Shown here: positions 14,978 through 26,289 of the stretch, one piece after another | Numbering within the stretch: the first letter of the stretch is position 1 | Layout: every line of letters starts with the position of its first letter | Origin: Escherichia coli | Lineage (GTDB): Bacteria > Pseudomonadota > Gammaproteobacteria > Enterobacterales > Enterobacteriaceae | NCBI RefSeq assembly: GCF_003018255.1 | Contig: NZ_CP027440.1 | Length of the DNA: 64,000 nucleotides | Strand: one strand, 5' to 3' | Made by a program: the position numbers and the translations under genes | The notes under the pieces: model-generated | Told to the model about the DNA's origin: nothing | Database searches by the model: none | What the model saw: the letters and a program-made list of their open reading frames with translations, nothing else

Positions 14978-16165
14978 TTATTGCGCCGCTGCGTACAGGC
15001 CGACAATCTGCTCCAGGCTGGCGGTACGCGGGTTACTGCGCAGACAAATATCTTCCAGCGCGGCCTGCGCCCATGCGCCGTAATGCGCAGATGTCGCACC
15101 AACATCGCCCAGTCGTTTACCAATCCCAACTTCCGCTATCAGCTCACTTACCGCATTAATAGCGTCACGATCGTCGGATTTTTTAGTTCGCAGCGCCCGA
15201 CCAACCAAGCTAAACCGATCACGACAAACCATCCGGTTAAATTCCATCACCGTTGGCAACAACATGGCGTTCGCCAGACCGTGCGGAATATGCAGCGCCG
15301 CCCCTGGCTGATGCGCCATCGCGTGGCACAACCCAAGTCCGGCACTGGAAAACGCCATTCCCGCCATACATGAAGCCAGCAACATGCTCTCGCGCGCGGC
15401 AAGGTCATGACCGTAGCCCACCGCTTTCGGCAGCGATTTGCCAATCATCGCAATGGCACCAATCGCCAGACTGTCGGTAAACGGTGTGGCGTTCAGCGCG
15501 CTGTACGCTTCAATGGCATGGGTTAACGCATCAATGCCAGTCATCGCCGTGACATGCGACGGCACACCTTCGGTCAATGCGGCGTCGAGAATCGCCACAT
15601 CCGGCATCAGCGAGGCATGGGCTAACACCTGCTTGCGCCCGCTCACCGCGTCGATAATCACCGTTACGTTGGTGGTTTCAGAGCCGGTTCCGGCGGTCGT
15701 TGGAATGGCAATCAACGGCAGGCGCGGTTGCAGAACGCTGGTTTCTGACATTTCTGCCAGCGTGCTATCGGGGTTCGTCACCAGCAACGCCACGGCTTTC
15801 GCCGCATCCAGCACCGAGCCGCCGCCAAACGCGATCACCCCGTCACAACCTGATTCACGCAACTGCGCCACGGCTGCACACACGTCGGTGATGCACGGTT
15901 CGCCCACCGGACATGGCCAGAGCGTCATGGCGATACCTTTAACGGCCAGGCTACGCGTCAGCCCGGCGGTCATCCCCGCCTGATGCAAAAAGCTGTCTGC
16001 CATCACGAACAGATGTTTCAGCCCACGCGTTTGCGCTTGCTGCCCACAACTGCTCACCGCGCCCGGACCGCAAAGCGTCACCGGTGGAACGCTAAATGTT
16101 TTCACCCGCTGCAGATTCAGGGTATCGAATGCCTGAAAAAGCGCCGTTTGCAATTCACTTTGCAT
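14978..16165 (-). CDS. eutG: iron-containing alcohol dehydrogenase EutG
   Basis: ORF 14978..16192; start taken at internal Met (MQSELQTALFQAF, 395 aa); Fe-ADH family motifs. Confidence 0.9.
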   Translation of the reverse strand: MQSELQTALFQAFDTLNLQRVKTFSVPPVTLCGPGAVSSCGQQAQTRGLKHLFVMADSFLHQAGMTAGLTRSLAVKGIAMTLWPCPVGEPCITDVCAAVAQLRESGCDGVIAFGGGSVLDAAKAVALLVTNPDSTLAEMSETSVLQPRLPLIAIPTTAGTGSETTNVTVIIDAVSGRKQVLAHASLMPDVAILDAALTEGVPSHVTAMTGIDALTHAIEAYSALNATPFTDSLAIGAIAMIGKSLPKAVGYGHDLAARESMLLASCMAGMAFSSAGLGLCHAMAHQPGAALHIPHGLANAMLLPTVMEFNRMVCRDRFSLVGRALRTKKSDDRDAINAVSELIAEVGIGKRLGDVGATSAHYGAWAQAALEDICLRSNPRTASLEQIVGLYAAAQ

Positions 16166-16991
16166 AGATCCCCTCCGTTTTCTCTCGCCCACTACTGGCG
16201 ATCGCCAGCGGGGTCATAAACAAACTGTGCTGCGGTAAATGCACCTGTAACGCCGGGAATTGTTTGCGAAACAGTTCCGCTACGCCCGGTTGCATACAGG
16301 AACCGCCCGCCAGCCATAAATCCGTAATGCCCTGCCCTTCAATATGCCGGGCCACAATGTCCGCCATTTTTTCGTACACCGGTTTCACCGCGGGCCAAAT
16401 CTCGTCACCGTGACCGCGTTTGTACTGCTCTGCCTCTTCCAGCGAAATACGGCGATTTCCGGCGAGAGTCAGAGAGATGTGATGTCCGCCGGTGGCTTCA
16501 TCCGCCGAGTACGTCACTTTGCCCTTTTTCACGATGGCAATGCCGGTAGTGCCGCCGCCGATATCCACTACACCGGCGTTGTCCAGTTGCAGCAGATCCG
16601 CAACTGCGGTTGGCTCATCCAGCACATGGCTCACTTCCAGTCCAGCAGACTCCAGCACGTTGATGGAAATACGCGGGTCCGTACCTGGAGGAAAAGAGGT
16701 CGCCGCATGGCTAAAACGGCGACCGAATTGCTGCTCGAGGGTGTCGAGATGGCGACGAACAATGGTGACCGCACCGAAGAAATCCCAGACGATGCCGTCG
16801 CGGACCACATCAGCCCAGTCGAGGCATACCGCCACCGGCTGACCGTCGCGGTCGACAACCATCGACACCACATCGCAGGTGCCCAGATCCACCCCCAGCC
16901 ACAGCGGAGATTCCGTCGCGGCGGGCGTCTGGTTACACAGCGTTGCCGCCGTTTGCAGACGTGGGGTGAGCCATTGTTCGTCGTGCGCCAT
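16155..16991 (-). CDS. eutJ: ethanolamine utilization chaperone-like protein EutJ (Hsp70/actin fold)
   Basis: 278-aa ORF; 11-nt overlap with eutG start. Confidence 0.92.
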   Translation of the reverse strand: MAHDEQWLTPRLQTAATLCNQTPAATESPLWLGVDLGTCDVVSMVVDRDGQPVAVCLDWADVVRDGIVWDFFGAVTIVRRHLDTLEQQFGRRFSHAATSFPPGTDPRISINVLESAGLEVSHVLDEPTAVADLLQLDNAGVVDIGGGTTGIAIVKKGKVTYSADEATGGHHISLTLAGNRRISLEEAEQYKRGHGDEIWPAVKPVYEKMADIVARHIEGQGITDLWLAGGSCMQPGVAELFRKQFPALQVHLPQHSLFMTPLAIASSGREKTEGIYAK

Positions 16992-17001
16992 CTGTTACTC
17001 C

Positions 17002-18405
17002 TTAAACAATGCGAAACGCATCGACTAATACACAGCGACGCAGACGGACAAACGTCCGCGCGCTGGTTACCCCTTCACCGGTTGGCGTGGTGATGGTCAT
17101 AGTGGTCCAGCCTTCCCCGCCCAGCCCCAGCCCGGCAATGCACGGTCCGTTCTTAACGAAAATGCTGGTATCAATGGCATTCGCCATCTGGTTCATGTTC
17201 TCGATATTGCGCGAGTGCATTGCCGCCGTGTGGTGGCAACCGCCTTCCAGTTTCACCGCCAGCGCAATGGCATCCGCCACGTTGGCGACGCGCACGACGG
17301 GCAGCACCGGCATCATCAGTTCAGTCACAGCAAACGGATGTTCTGCGGTGGTTTCTACAAACAGCAGTCGCGTTTGTTCCGGAACTTTAAGGCCGATTGC
17401 CGCCGCGATTTTCGCCGCATCGCGACCAACCCAGTCACGGCTGACGGTGCCTTTTCCGCGCTCGTCGATATTTTTCAGCAACACCGATTGCAGTTGCTGC
17501 GCCTGCTCTGCGGTCAGTTTCACCGCATGCTGGCCTTCCATCAGACGCATCAGTTCATCGGCTACGCTATCAACAACAATCAGTACCTTTTCGTCGGCAC
17601 AAATGATGTTGTTATCGAAAGAAGCACCTTTGACGATGGACTGAGCTGCACGGGCGAGGTCGGCGGTTTCATCCACCACTACCGGCGGGTTACCGGCACC
17701 TGCCGCAATCAGGCGTTTATTGGTGTGTTTGCGCGCCGCTTCCACTACCGCTTCGCCGCCGGTCACCACCAGCAGGCCGATACCCGGAAACTTGAACAAG
17801 CGTTGCGCGGTTTCGATATCCGGATTTGCTACGGTAACCAGTAAGTTTTCCGGCCCGCCTGCGGCAACAATCGCCTGGTTGAGCAGCGTAATCGCCCGCT
17901 GGGAGACTTTTTTCGCCGCCGGATGCGGGGCAAAAATGACGCTGTTGCCCGCGGCAATCAGGCTGATGGCGTTATTAATGACGGTTGCCGCCGGGTTAGT
18001 GGAAGGCGTCACCGAAGCCACTACGCCCCAGGGCGCGTTTTCAATTAAAGTCAGGCCGTTGTCGCCAGTCAGCACCTGTGGAGAGAGGCACTCAACGCCT
18101 GGTGTGCCGCGCGCCTGAGCGACGTTTTTGGCAAATTTATCTTCAACGCGCCCCATGCCGGTTTCACTGACGGCAAGTTCCGCTAAATCTCTGGCGTGTT
18201 TTTCGCCTGCTTCACGAATGGCAGCAATGGCTAACTGGCGCATTGCCACGCTTTTTAACCCTTGCTGGGCGACTTTGGCTGCCGCAACGGCGTCATCCAG
18301 GGACGCGAAAACGCCCATCTCATGAACGGCGGCGGGCGGCGTGTCACTGCTTTGCATTTTCAGCAGTACCGCTTTCACCACCTGTTCAATATCCTGTTGA
18401 TTCAT
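17002..18405 (-). CDS. eutE: CoA-acylating acetaldehyde dehydrogenase EutE
   Basis: 467-aa ORF; aldehyde dehydrogenase family; synteny. Confidence 0.93.
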   Translation of the reverse strand: MNQQDIEQVVKAVLLKMQSSDTPPAAVHEMGVFASLDDAVAAAKVAQQGLKSVAMRQLAIAAIREAGEKHARDLAELAVSETGMGRVEDKFAKNVAQARGTPGVECLSPQVLTGDNGLTLIENAPWGVVASVTPSTNPAATVINNAISLIAAGNSVIFAPHPAAKKVSQRAITLLNQAIVAAGGPENLLVTVANPDIETAQRLFKFPGIGLLVVTGGEAVVEAARKHTNKRLIAAGAGNPPVVVDETADLARAAQSIVKGASFDNNIICADEKVLIVVDSVADELMRLMEGQHAVKLTAEQAQQLQSVLLKNIDERGKGTVSRDWVGRDAAKIAAAIGLKVPEQTRLLFVETTAEHPFAVTELMMPVLPVVRVANVADAIALAVKLEGGCHHTAAMHSRNIENMNQMANAIDTSIFVKNGPCIAGLGLGGEGWTTMTITTPTGEGVTSARTFVRLRRCVLVDAFRIV

Positions 18406-18416
18406 GATGTTCTGCC

Positions 18417-18704
18417 TTATTTGTGGAAAATGACCTGACCGCCAGACACCACCTCATCGACGATGCCAATCACGCACAGATCGACCGGTGACGTTTCGCT
18501 TTTATGCGCCTGGCGGGCGGAACTGCCACTCACCAGCAACACCCACTCCCCGGTTCCCGCGCCAATATTGTCGATGGCGACGGCGCATTGCCCGTCAGGA
18601 TTACCTTGTGGATCAATCATTTCCACCATCAGCAATTTGTCATGCGCCAGTCCGTGATGGCGTACGGTACAAACAATTTGTCCAGTGACGACTGCCAGTT
18701 TCAT
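18417..18704 (-). CDS. eutN: microcompartment vertex protein EutN (CcmL/EutN family)
   Basis: 95-aa ORF; synteny eutM-eutN-eutE. Confidence 0.92.
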   Translation of the reverse strand: MKLAVVTGQIVCTVRHHGLAHDKLLMVEMIDPQGNPDGQCAVAIDNIGAGTGEWVLLVSGSSARQAHKSETSPVDLCVIGIVDEVVSGGQVIFHK

Positions 18705-18810
18705 ACCCGCCTCCGTGGCGTATTTCAGGTAAAAGCTCCCCCTACCCTCCGCAGAAGGTAAAATGAAAAAGGAGAGAGCGTGACGCCCGAATCGACGTCA
18801 CACAGGGTGA

Positions 18811-19104
18811 TTACAGGTTGCTGCTATCGCCTTTCAGGCCGATCGGGAAGACTTCTTCCAGGTCGCCGTGCGGACGCGGGATAACGTGTACAGATACCAG
18901 CTCGCCGATACGCTGTGCCGCTGCGGCACCTGCATCGGTCGCGGCTTTACAGGCTGCAACATCACCACGAACCATGGCAGTACACAGGCCGCCGCCAATC
19001 TGCTTAACACCAACCAGCTTGACGCGCGCAGCTTTAACCATCGCGTCAGAAGCCTCAATCAGTGCAACCAGGCCCCGGGTTTCGATCATTCCTAATGCTT
19101 CCAT
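18811..19104 (-). CDS. eutM: major microcompartment shell protein EutM (BMC domain)
   Basis: ORF 18811..19146; start taken at internal Met ([18 protein letters not shown], 97 aa) preceded by SD agagga. Confidence 0.92.
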   Translation of the reverse strand: MEALGMIETRGLVALIEASDAMVKAARVKLVGVKQIGGGLCTAMVRGDVAACKAATDAGAAAAQRIGELVSVHVIPRPHGDLEEVFPIGLKGDSSNL

Positions 19105-19142
19105 TGTGCTTTCCTCTTTATCAGGGTCCAGAACGGGACCGT

Positions 19143-20159
19143 TCATTCAACCAGTGTTTGTAAACTGCTTTCGCGGTTCACTTCTGTCTGACGCTGCACA
19201 GCTGCCACCAGCGCCAGTTCGATAATTTCCTGCACGCTACAACCACGAGAGAGATCGTGCATCGGCGCGGCAAGTCCTTGTATCAATGGCCCGACGGCAC
19301 GATATCCGCCAAGTCGTTGTGCGATTTTGTAGCCAATATTTCCGGCTTCCAGCGACGGAAAAACCATCACATTAGCTTTGCCCTGTAACGGGCTGGCAGG
19401 CGCTTTTTGCGCCGCCACTTCCGGCACGAAGGCGGCGTCAAACTGCAACTCGCCATCGACAACCAGCTTTGGTGCGCGCTCACGGACGATTTCTGTCGCC
19501 TGCTGGACGTTGGCAACGCAGGGGTGACGGGCACTACCGTTGCTGGAAAACGACAACATCGCCACGCGCGGTTCTTCTCCGGTGATGGCGCGCCAGGTTT
19601 CGGCGCTGGCAAGCGCGATATCCGCCAGTTGCGCCGCCGTCGGCTGTGGCACTACGCTGCAATCGGCAAAGCCCAATGCGGGGCCACTGTACTGTGGCAG
19701 CATCAGGAAAATGGAGGAGAGCGTTTTACAGCCTGGCTGTAAGCCGATAATGCGTAATCCGGCACGCAGCACATTCGCCGTGGAAGAGAGATTGCCCGCG
19801 ATACAGACATCCGCTGTCCCGGCGCTGACCATTGCGGCAGCGAACATCAGCGGATCGGTGAGTTTATCCAGCGCATCCGGCGGCGTTTTTTCGCCCGCAC
19901 GGGCCAGCCAGCGGAGAGCAAATTCTTCCCGCATTGCGAGGTTGCCATGCGGATCAATCACCTGTAGCCCGTCCATCGCCACGCCGTGACTGAGCGCAAA
20001 CTGACGAAGTTCAAACGGATTGGCGACCAGAATGGGCGTTGCCAGACCTTGTTGATGTAAATATTGCGCCGCTTTCAGCACACGTTGATCTAACGCATCC
20101 GGAAAAACTACTCTGGCGGGCGCTCGCAACGCCAGTTTACGACAACGTTCAATAATCAT
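19143..20159 (-). CDS. eutD: phosphotransacetylase EutD
   Basis: 338-aa ORF; Pta family; 4-nt overlap with eutT. Confidence 0.93.
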   Translation of the reverse strand: MIIERCRKLALRAPARVVFPDALDQRVLKAAQYLHQQGLATPILVANPFELRQFALSHGVAMDGLQVIDPHGNLAMREEFALRWLARAGEKTPPDALDKLTDPLMFAAAMVSAGTADVCIAGNLSSTANVLRAGLRIIGLQPGCKTLSSIFLMLPQYSGPALGFADCSVVPQPTAAQLADIALASAETWRAITGEEPRVAMLSFSSNGSARHPCVANVQQATEIVRERAPKLVVDGELQFDAAFVPEVAAQKAPASPLQGKANVMVFPSLEAGNIGYKIAQRLGGYRAVGPLIQGLAAPMHDLSRGCSVQEIIELALVAAVQRQTEVNRESSLQTLVE

Positions 20160-20959
20160 TGCGTTTCCCCCAGTCGTTGTTGGATCTGCTTCACCGTTAG
20201 CGACTGCTTCGTTACGCTCAGGATCATCATCACGTAAACCGTGCTGGAAAGGCGGTTCAGCGCCTGCAAGATGTCCGGGCGTAATACTTCAAAGCTGCGG
20301 GTGATAAACACCTGCGCCGCTACAGTTTCGGTTTCCCGCACTTTGGTGCGTAGCAGATTGAGCAACGCCGCATCACGCCCGTGGCTGGCTTCCGGCACCA
20401 GATGATCGTGGTCGAGATAGCGCAGCGGCTGGTGAGAAAGCCGATGCAGATCTTCGTCAGAAAGCCCGACAATCGCTTGTTCGCCCAGCGGTTCCCCCAG
20501 CGCATCGGCGCGCATAATGTTGCCAAGACGCGAACGGATATCCGCCAGCCACGGCTGCCACGGTTCCGCCAGTTCAATTTGCAGCCACACTGCCAGCGCA
20601 ATGGTGCTGTCGAGAACAGCGCGAAAAGCCAGGCGCGGATCGCTTTTGGCAACCATTTTTTCCGCCGACAGGTGAGTCAGCGTATCCGGCTTTTTTGCCA
20701 CCGGCTGGCGGCACAGTTCGCAGCACGCCTGCGGATGTTCATCGCTACTGGTTAGCCCGTGAACGGGCTGCGGCTGCTGCTGTTCATCGTCAACAAACAG
20801 GCGGCCCTGCTCGTCAATAAACTTGATGCGCAGATGGCGGCTTTCCAGTAACTCCCGGGCAGAGGGCGTCAGGCGACTGTCCGCAGGGAGATGGATCTCT
20901 GCGCCTTCGCTGAGCGTATGATTCGCTCTTAGCCATGCTTCGGTGATGAAATCTTTCAT
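20156..20959 (-). CDS. eutT: cob(I)alamin adenosyltransferase EutT
   Basis: 267-aa ORF; cysteine-rich motif (HPQACCELC); synteny. Confidence 0.9.
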   Translation of the reverse strand: MKDFITEAWLRANHTLSEGAEIHLPADSRLTPSARELLESRHLRIKFIDEQGRLFVDDEQQQPQPVHGLTSSDEHPQACCELCRQPVAKKPDTLTHLSAEKMVAKSDPRLAFRAVLDSTIALAVWLQIELAEPWQPWLADIRSRLGNIMRADALGEPLGEQAIVGLSDEDLHRLSHQPLRYLDHDHLVPEASHGRDAALLNLLRTKVRETETVAAQVFITRSFEVLRPDILQALNRLSSTVYVMMILSVTKQSLTVKQIQQRLGETQ

Positions 20960-21657
20960 AAGGATTGCCAGTTAGCCGGCCAGGCGACATACAGGAATTT
21001 CACGCTGGATGTCGTACCAAATTCGATGCTGGAGCCTTTCGGGATAAACATCACATCGCCCGCTTTGGCGATCATAGTTTCGCCTTCGTGGCGAACATGC
21101 AGCTCCCCTTCCAGCACCATGTCGATTTCGTCGTAGTTCAGGGTCCACGGAAAGAAGGCGTTCTCCCACTGCATGAAACCAGCGGCCATACTGCTGCCGT
21201 CGTCTCCGGTCACGAGATCAGTCAAGCCTACGCAGTGCGGTTCCGCGCCATCGAAACGACCAAACTTGACGCTGCTGCCATCAATAACTTTGATGCCGCC
21301 TTTGCCGGTCACCGATTTAAAGCTCGGCTGCAGTGCACCCTGCTCCAGCGACTGTTTTTCCTTCATCACTTTTTCCATCAGCTGCGCGACCAGGCTTTCG
21401 GTAAACTGACCTTCCGGCAGTTGGGCGATAATGGTTTCACGGATGCGCTGGCTTTCGGTTTTATCGGCTGATGCGCTGGCGGGAACAGACGCCGTTACCG
21501 GGATCGATTCATCACATTCGGTGATGGTAAAACCCAACAGATCAGCCACTTCACGAGCTTCCGGGGTAATAATGCTGGCGCGCAGAACCACGGACATTGC
21601 CAGTTCGCCGCGCGCGTGTGCTTCACGAATATCATTCGCTGTGATGAGTTTTTTCAC
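20956..21657 (-). CDS. eutQ: cupin-fold acetate kinase-like protein EutQ
   Basis: 233-aa ORF; synteny. Confidence 0.9.
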   Translation of the reverse strand: MKKLITANDIREAHARGELAMSVVLRASIITPEAREVADLLGFTITECDESIPVTASVPASASADKTESQRIRETIIAQLPEGQFTESLVAQLMEKVMKEKQSLEQGALQPSFKSVTGKGGIKVIDGSSVKFGRFDGAEPHCVGLTDLVTGDDGSSMAAGFMQWENAFFPWTLNYDEIDMVLEGELHVRHEGETMIAKAGDVMFIPKGSSIEFGTTSSVKFLYVAWPANWQSL

Positions 21658-22111
21658 CTGCTTCCTCCTGTTTGGTGAGAGATGCCAGATAATCCACCAG
21701 TTGCTGCACGCTTTGCGGGTCGTGGCTGTTTAGCTCGAAAATCGGCTCTTCGAAGCCCGTCTCAAGCAATAACTTTCGCGTTGCGGCGACGTCAGCATCT
21801 GGCATGTCCGTTTTACTGATGACGGCGATTTGCCGTTTGCTGACGCCAATATCCAGCAACCCGGCAGGCAACCGACTTTCCGGGTCATTCGCGCCGTGGA
21901 CATAGATCAGCATGTCCACATCCTGTAGCGTGGTAATTAATGCGTGATACCAGCGGGGATGGCTAAAATATTCACCCGGCGTATCAATATCGCCATTATC
22001 ATTAAATTCCACGGCCTGCGTTTTTCTGGCGAGGGTATAATTCCCCTGCAACGCATTAAATAACGTTGTTTTTCCTGCCCCGACGGTACCCACAAACGCA
22101 ATTCGTTTCAT
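21632..22111 (-). CDS. eutP: P-loop NTPase (acetate kinase-like) EutP
   Basis: 159-aa ORF with Walker A motif (GTVGAGKTT); 26-nt overlap with eutQ start. Confidence 0.9.
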   Translation of the reverse strand: MKRIAFVGTVGAGKTTLFNALQGNYTLARKTQAVEFNDNGDIDTPGEYFSHPRWYHALITTLQDVDMLIYVHGANDPESRLPAGLLDIGVSKRQIAVISKTDMPDADVAATRKLLLETGFEEPIFELNSHDPQSVQQLVDYLASLTKQEEAGEKTHHSE

Positions 22112-22123
22112 GAATGCCTCATA

Positions 22124-22459
22124 TTAACTTTTGGTCATTTCACAAAGCGTATAATTTAATAAGCGTCCTAAACCACTGACGGTTTGTGATAACGCTTCTT
22201 CTACTGCGCCCACCGAACCATAAATCACCAGCGCGCCGCTAAAACGGTCGAGAAAACCGATATGCACATCGGCGGCTTTCAAAGCTAAATCACCGGCGAT
22301 CATCGCCGTTTCTCCGGGAGTTAGCGTCATAATGCCAATTGCGCCCGCATCCGGAACGCCGATTTTCTTCGCCAGTTCCTCGCCGGGATGCGCGATGAGA
22401 TGCGCCAGCGTGACCTGTTTGCCGGGCACAAATTCCTGAATGATGCGTTCTTTATCCAT
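22124..22459 (-). CDS. eutS: microcompartment shell protein EutS (permuted BMC domain)
   Basis: ORF 22124..22531; start taken at internal Met ([16 protein letters not shown], 111 aa); first gene of operon. Confidence 0.88.
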
Positions 22460-22560
22460 GAGTCGCCGCCTGTGAAAAACTTTCGTGTATCGTGACAATT
22501 TTTCGTCAGAGTAAATAACAAAATTCGGCAAGCGCGTTTAAAAGGTGAGGTAGATCACTA
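22460..22560 (-). promoter_or_regulatory. eut operon upstream promoter region (expected EutR-dependent promoter)
   Basis: Position immediately upstream of first operon gene eutS; no motif confirmed. Confidence 0.4.
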
Positions 22561-22707
22561 AGAATGGAGAGATATTTACTGTTATGAATAAACTTTCATA
22601 TGCGACGCATGAATATAAATAAAATAATATCGAGATATTTTATATACTGATTTTTTTATTATTCGTAAACTCAGTAATAAGCTTTACTAATATATTGCAG
22701 CTAAACT

Positions 22708-22733
22708 GCTTACCCTGAATATTCAGGGTAAGC
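22708..22733. other. 26-bp perfect palindrome (gcttaccctgaat|attcagggtaagc) in the AT-rich maeB-eutS spacer; hairpin or operator candidate
   Basis: Perfect dyad symmetry; lies about 20 nt past maeB stop on its transcribed strand, no canonical downstream U-tract. Confidence 0.5.
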
Positions 22734-22751
22734 GTGAGAGTTAAAAAAAAA

Positions 22752-25031
22752 TTACAGCGGTTGGGTTTGCGCTTCAACCACGGCCAGCGCCACCATATTG
22801 ACGATACGACGTACCGATGCGATCGGCGTTAACACGTGAACCGGTTTCGCCACACCCATCAGCACCGGACCGACAGTCACGCCTTCCGAGCTGGAAACGC
22901 GCAGTAAGTTGTAACTAATGCGGGCAGCTTCCATGTTCGGCATCACCAGAATATTAGCGGAACCTTTCAAAGGGCTGTCCGGCATACGGTCATTCCGAAT
23001 CGCTTCCACCAGCGCTGCATCGCCGTGCATTTCACCATCAATCATCAGTTCTGGTGCACGTTCCCTGACCAGTTCCAGCGCCTGACGCATTTTGCTCGAC
23101 GACGGGCAGTCAGAAGAACCAAAGTTGGAGTGCGACAACAGAGCCACACGCGGCTCAATACCAAAACGACGAACAGTTTCTGCCGCCATCAAGGTGATCT
23201 CCGCCAGCTCTTCTGCATCAGGCTCATCATTGACGTAGGTATCGGCAATAAAGGTGTTACCACTCGGCAACAGCAGCGCGTTCATTGCACCTGCGGTGTG
23301 AACGCCATCGCGATAACCAAAGACATTTTTCACCACGCTAAAGTGTTCATGATAATCGCCCACCGTACCGCAAATCATTGCATCGGCTTCGCCACGCTGA
23401 ACCATGATCGCGCCGATCACTGTCGGGTTACTGATCAGCGCACGCTGCGCCTGCTCCTGAGTGACACCGCGACGCTTCATGATCTGGAAGTATTCGGTCC
23501 AGTACTCTTTAAAGCGCGGATCGGATTCGTTATTGACGATCTCAAAATCAACGCCCGCCTTGATCTGCAAGCCCAGTTTCTGAATGCGCATTTCGATCAC
23601 GTTCGGACGACCAATAAGGATCGGTTTCGCCAGTCCCAGCGTTACCAGTTCCTGAGTGGCATGCAGAACGCGCGCCTCTTCCCCTTCCGGCAGAACTACG
23701 CGCTTCGGCGCTTTGCGAGCCTGGGAGAAAATCGGCTTCATAAACAGGTTAGTTTTGTAAACGAACTCCGTCAGCTTGTCGATGTAGACGTCGAAATCAG
23801 CAATCGGACGCGTCGCCACGCCCGACTCCATCGCCGCTTTCGCCACCGCAGGAGCGATCTTAACGATCAAGCGCGGATCAAACGGTTTTGGAATGATGTA
23901 TTCCGGACCAAAGCTCAGATCCTGATCGCCATACGCTGAAGCCACCACTTCACTCTGTTCCGCATGGGCCAGTTCTGCAATCGCGCGTACCGCCGCCAGT
24001 TTCATCTCTTCGTTGATGGCGGTTGCGCCAACGTCCAGCGCGCCACGGAAGATAAACGGGAAGCAAAGGACGTTGTTCACCTGGTTCGGGTAGTCGGAAC
24101 GGCCGGTACAGATGATGGCATCCGGACGCACTTCTTTCGCCAGCGGCGGCAGAATTTCCGGTTCCGGGTTCGCCAGCGCCAGGATCATTGGCGCACGGGC
24201 CATTTTCTTCACCATTTCCTGGGTCAGCACTTTCGGGCCGGAACAGCCGAGGAAAATATCCGCGCCTTCAATCACATCATCGAGGGTACGTTTACCGTCA
24301 TCCACCACCGCGTATGCGGCTTTGGTTTCCGCCATGTTTGGCTCACGGCCCCGATAGATAACGCCTTTTGAATCGCAAACCACGATGTTATGTTTTTGCA
24401 GACCCAGCGCTACCAGCAGGTTCATACAGGCGATTGCTGCGGCACCCGCGCCAGAAACCACCATCCGCACGTCGGAGATGTTTTTCTCCACCACGCGCAA
24501 ACCGTTGAGGATGGCGGCAGTGCTGATAATTGCCGTGCCGTGCTGATCGTCGTGGAATACCGGAATATTCATCCGCTCGCGCAGTTTCTGTTCAATATAG
24601 AAACATTCTGGCGCTTTAATGTCTTCGAGGTTGATGCCGCCAAAGGTCGGTTCGAGCGCAGCGACGACTTCAATAAATTTGTCCGGGTCGAGTTCATCAA
24701 CTTCTATGTCAAATACATCAATCCCGGCGAATTTCTTAAACAGAACGCCCTTGCCTTCCATCACCGGTTTGCCTGCCAGCGCGCCAATGTTGCCTAACCC
24801 CAGCACCGCCGTACCGTTAGAGATCACCGCTACCAGGTTACCGCGCGCGGTATATTTGTAGGCTTTTAACGGGTCTTTTTCGATTTCAAGACAAGGTGCG
24901 GCAACGCCTGGTGAGTAGGCCAGCGCCAGATCGCGCTGCGTTGCCAGAGGCTTGGTTGGAGAAACCTGGATTTTCCCTGGAACTGGAAATTCATGGAAAT
25001 CAAGTGCACTTTGTTTTAACTGGTCATCCAT
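22752..25031 (-). CDS. maeB: NADP-dependent malic enzyme (malic enzyme domain fused to PTA-like domain)
   Basis: 759-aa ORF; N-terminus [23 protein letters not shown]. Confidence 0.94.
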   Translation of the reverse strand: MDDQLKQSALDFHEFPVPGKIQVSPTKPLATQRDLALAYSPGVAAPCLEIEKDPLKAYKYTARGNLVAVISNGTAVLGLGNIGALAGKPVMEGKGVLFKKFAGIDVFDIEVDELDPDKFIEVVAALEPTFGGINLEDIKAPECFYIEQKLRERMNIPVFHDDQHGTAIISTAAILNGLRVVEKNISDVRMVVSGAGAAAIACMNLLVALGLQKHNIVVCDSKGVIYRGREPNMAETKAAYAVVDDGKRTLDDVIEGADIFLGCSGPKVLTQEMVKKMARAPMILALANPEPEILPPLAKEVRPDAIICTGRSDYPNQVNNVLCFPFIFRGALDVGATAINEEMKLAAVRAIAELAHAEQSEVVASAYGDQDLSFGPEYIIPKPFDPRLIVKIAPAVAKAAMESGVATRPIADFDVYIDKLTEFVYKTNLFMKPIFSQARKAPKRVVLPEGEEARVLHATQELVTLGLAKPILIGRPNVIEMRIQKLGLQIKAGVDFEIVNNESDPRFKEYWTEYFQIMKRRGVTQEQAQRALISNPTVIGAIMVQRGEADAMICGTVGDYHEHFSVVKNVFGYRDGVHTAGAMNALLLPSGNTFIADTYVNDEPDAEELAEITLMAAETVRRFGIEPRVALLSHSNFGSSDCPSSSKMRQALELVRERAPELMIDGEMHGDAALVEAIRNDRMPDSPLKGSANILVMPNMEAARISYNLLRVSSSEGVTVGPVLMGVAKPVHVLTPIASVRRIVNMVALAVVEAQTQPL

Positions 25032-25319
25032 TTGGTTGTTCCTTTCACGTAACGTTCACAAATAAAGTGTGTGGGCAACAGCCCCTGCCCACAACGTGGC
25101 GCACATTATTACCTTGCCGGAGTCTACAGACTTTGAGCAAGTCCAAACTCTCACCATTAATATAATGTTTTGGTAATAATCCTATAACACTGATGTTACC
25201 TGCTTAATCCAGCAATACCATGCCTGTCTGCTATGCTTTTTTGATGCGTTTAGCGAAATTTCTCAGAAGTGTGAATTAACGCACTCATCTAACACTTTAC
25301 TTTTCAAGGAGTATTTCCT

Positions 25320-26270
25320 ATGAACGAGTTAGACGGCATCAAACAGTTCACCACTGTCGTGGCAGACAGCGGCGATATTGAGTCCATTCGCCATTATCAT
25401 CCCCAGGATGCCACCACCAATCCTTCGCTGTTACTCAAGGCTGCCGGATTATCACAATATGAGCATTTAATAGACGATGCTATCGCCTGGGGTAAAAAAA
25501 ATGGCAAGACCCAGGAGCAACAGGTGGTCGCAGCGTGTGACAAACTGGCGGTCAATTTCGGTGCTGAAATTCTCAAAATCGTACCCGGTCGCGTGTCAAC
25601 AGAAGTTGATGCACGCCTCTCTTTTGATAAAGAAAAGAGTATTGAGAAGGCGCGCCATCTGGTGGACTTGTATCAGCAACAAGGCGTTGAGAAATCACGC
25701 ATTCTGATCAAGCTGGCTTCGACCTGGGAAGGAATTCGCGCGGCAGAAGAGCTGGAAAAAGAAGGTATTAACTGCAACCTGACGCTGCTGTTTTCTTTTG
25801 CACAGGCGCGGGCCTGTGCAGAAGCAGGCGTTTTTCTGATTTCGCCGTTTGTCGGGCGTATTTATGACTGGTATCAGGCACGCAAGCCGATGGACCCGTA
25901 TGTGGTGGAAGAAGATCCAGGCGTTAAATCAGTACGCAATATCTACGACTACTATAAGCAACACCACTATGAAACCATTGTGATGGGCGCGAGCTTCCGT
26001 CGCACCGAACAAATCCTCGCCTTAACCGGCTGCGACCGACTGACTATCGCACCGAATTTGCTGAAGGAGCTACAGGAAAAAGTTTCGCCAGTGGTACGTA
26101 AATTAATCCCACCTTCTCAGACGTTCCCACGCCCAGCTCCCATGAGCGAAGCGGAATTCCGTTGGGAGCACAATCAGGATGCGATGGCGGTAGAAAAACT
26201 GTCTGAAGGCATTCGTCTGTTCGCCGTTGATCAACGCAAACTGGAAGATCTTCTTGCCGCCAAACTATAA
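25320..26270 (+). CDS. talA: transaldolase A
   Basis: 316-aa ORF; transaldolase family; followed by tktB. Confidence 0.93.
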   Translation: MNELDGIKQFTTVVADSGDIESIRHYHPQDATTNPSLLLKAAGLSQYEHLIDDAIAWGKKNGKTQEQQVVAACDKLAVNFGAEILKIVPGRVSTEVDARLSFDKEKSIEKARHLVDLYQQQGVEKSRILIKLASTWEGIRAAEELEKEGINCNLTLLFSFAQARACAEAGVFLISPFVGRIYDWYQARKPMDPYVVEEDPGVKSVRNIYDYYKQHHYETIVMGASFRRTEQILALTGCDRLTIAPNLLKELQEKVSPVVRKLIPPSQTFPRPAPMSEAEFRWEHNQDAMAVEKLSEGIRLFAVDQRKLEDLLAAKL

Positions 26271-26289
26271 ACCAGCCACGGAGTGTTAT

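Noticed and set aside
17009-18325. Plus-strand ORFs (211, 209, 132 and 65 aa) inside eutE
   Set aside because: Antisense shadow ORFs of the GC-rich eutE coding region.
23025-24797. Plus-strand ORFs of 304, 135 and 135 aa inside maeB
   Set aside because: Antisense shadow ORFs within the 759-aa maeB CDS.
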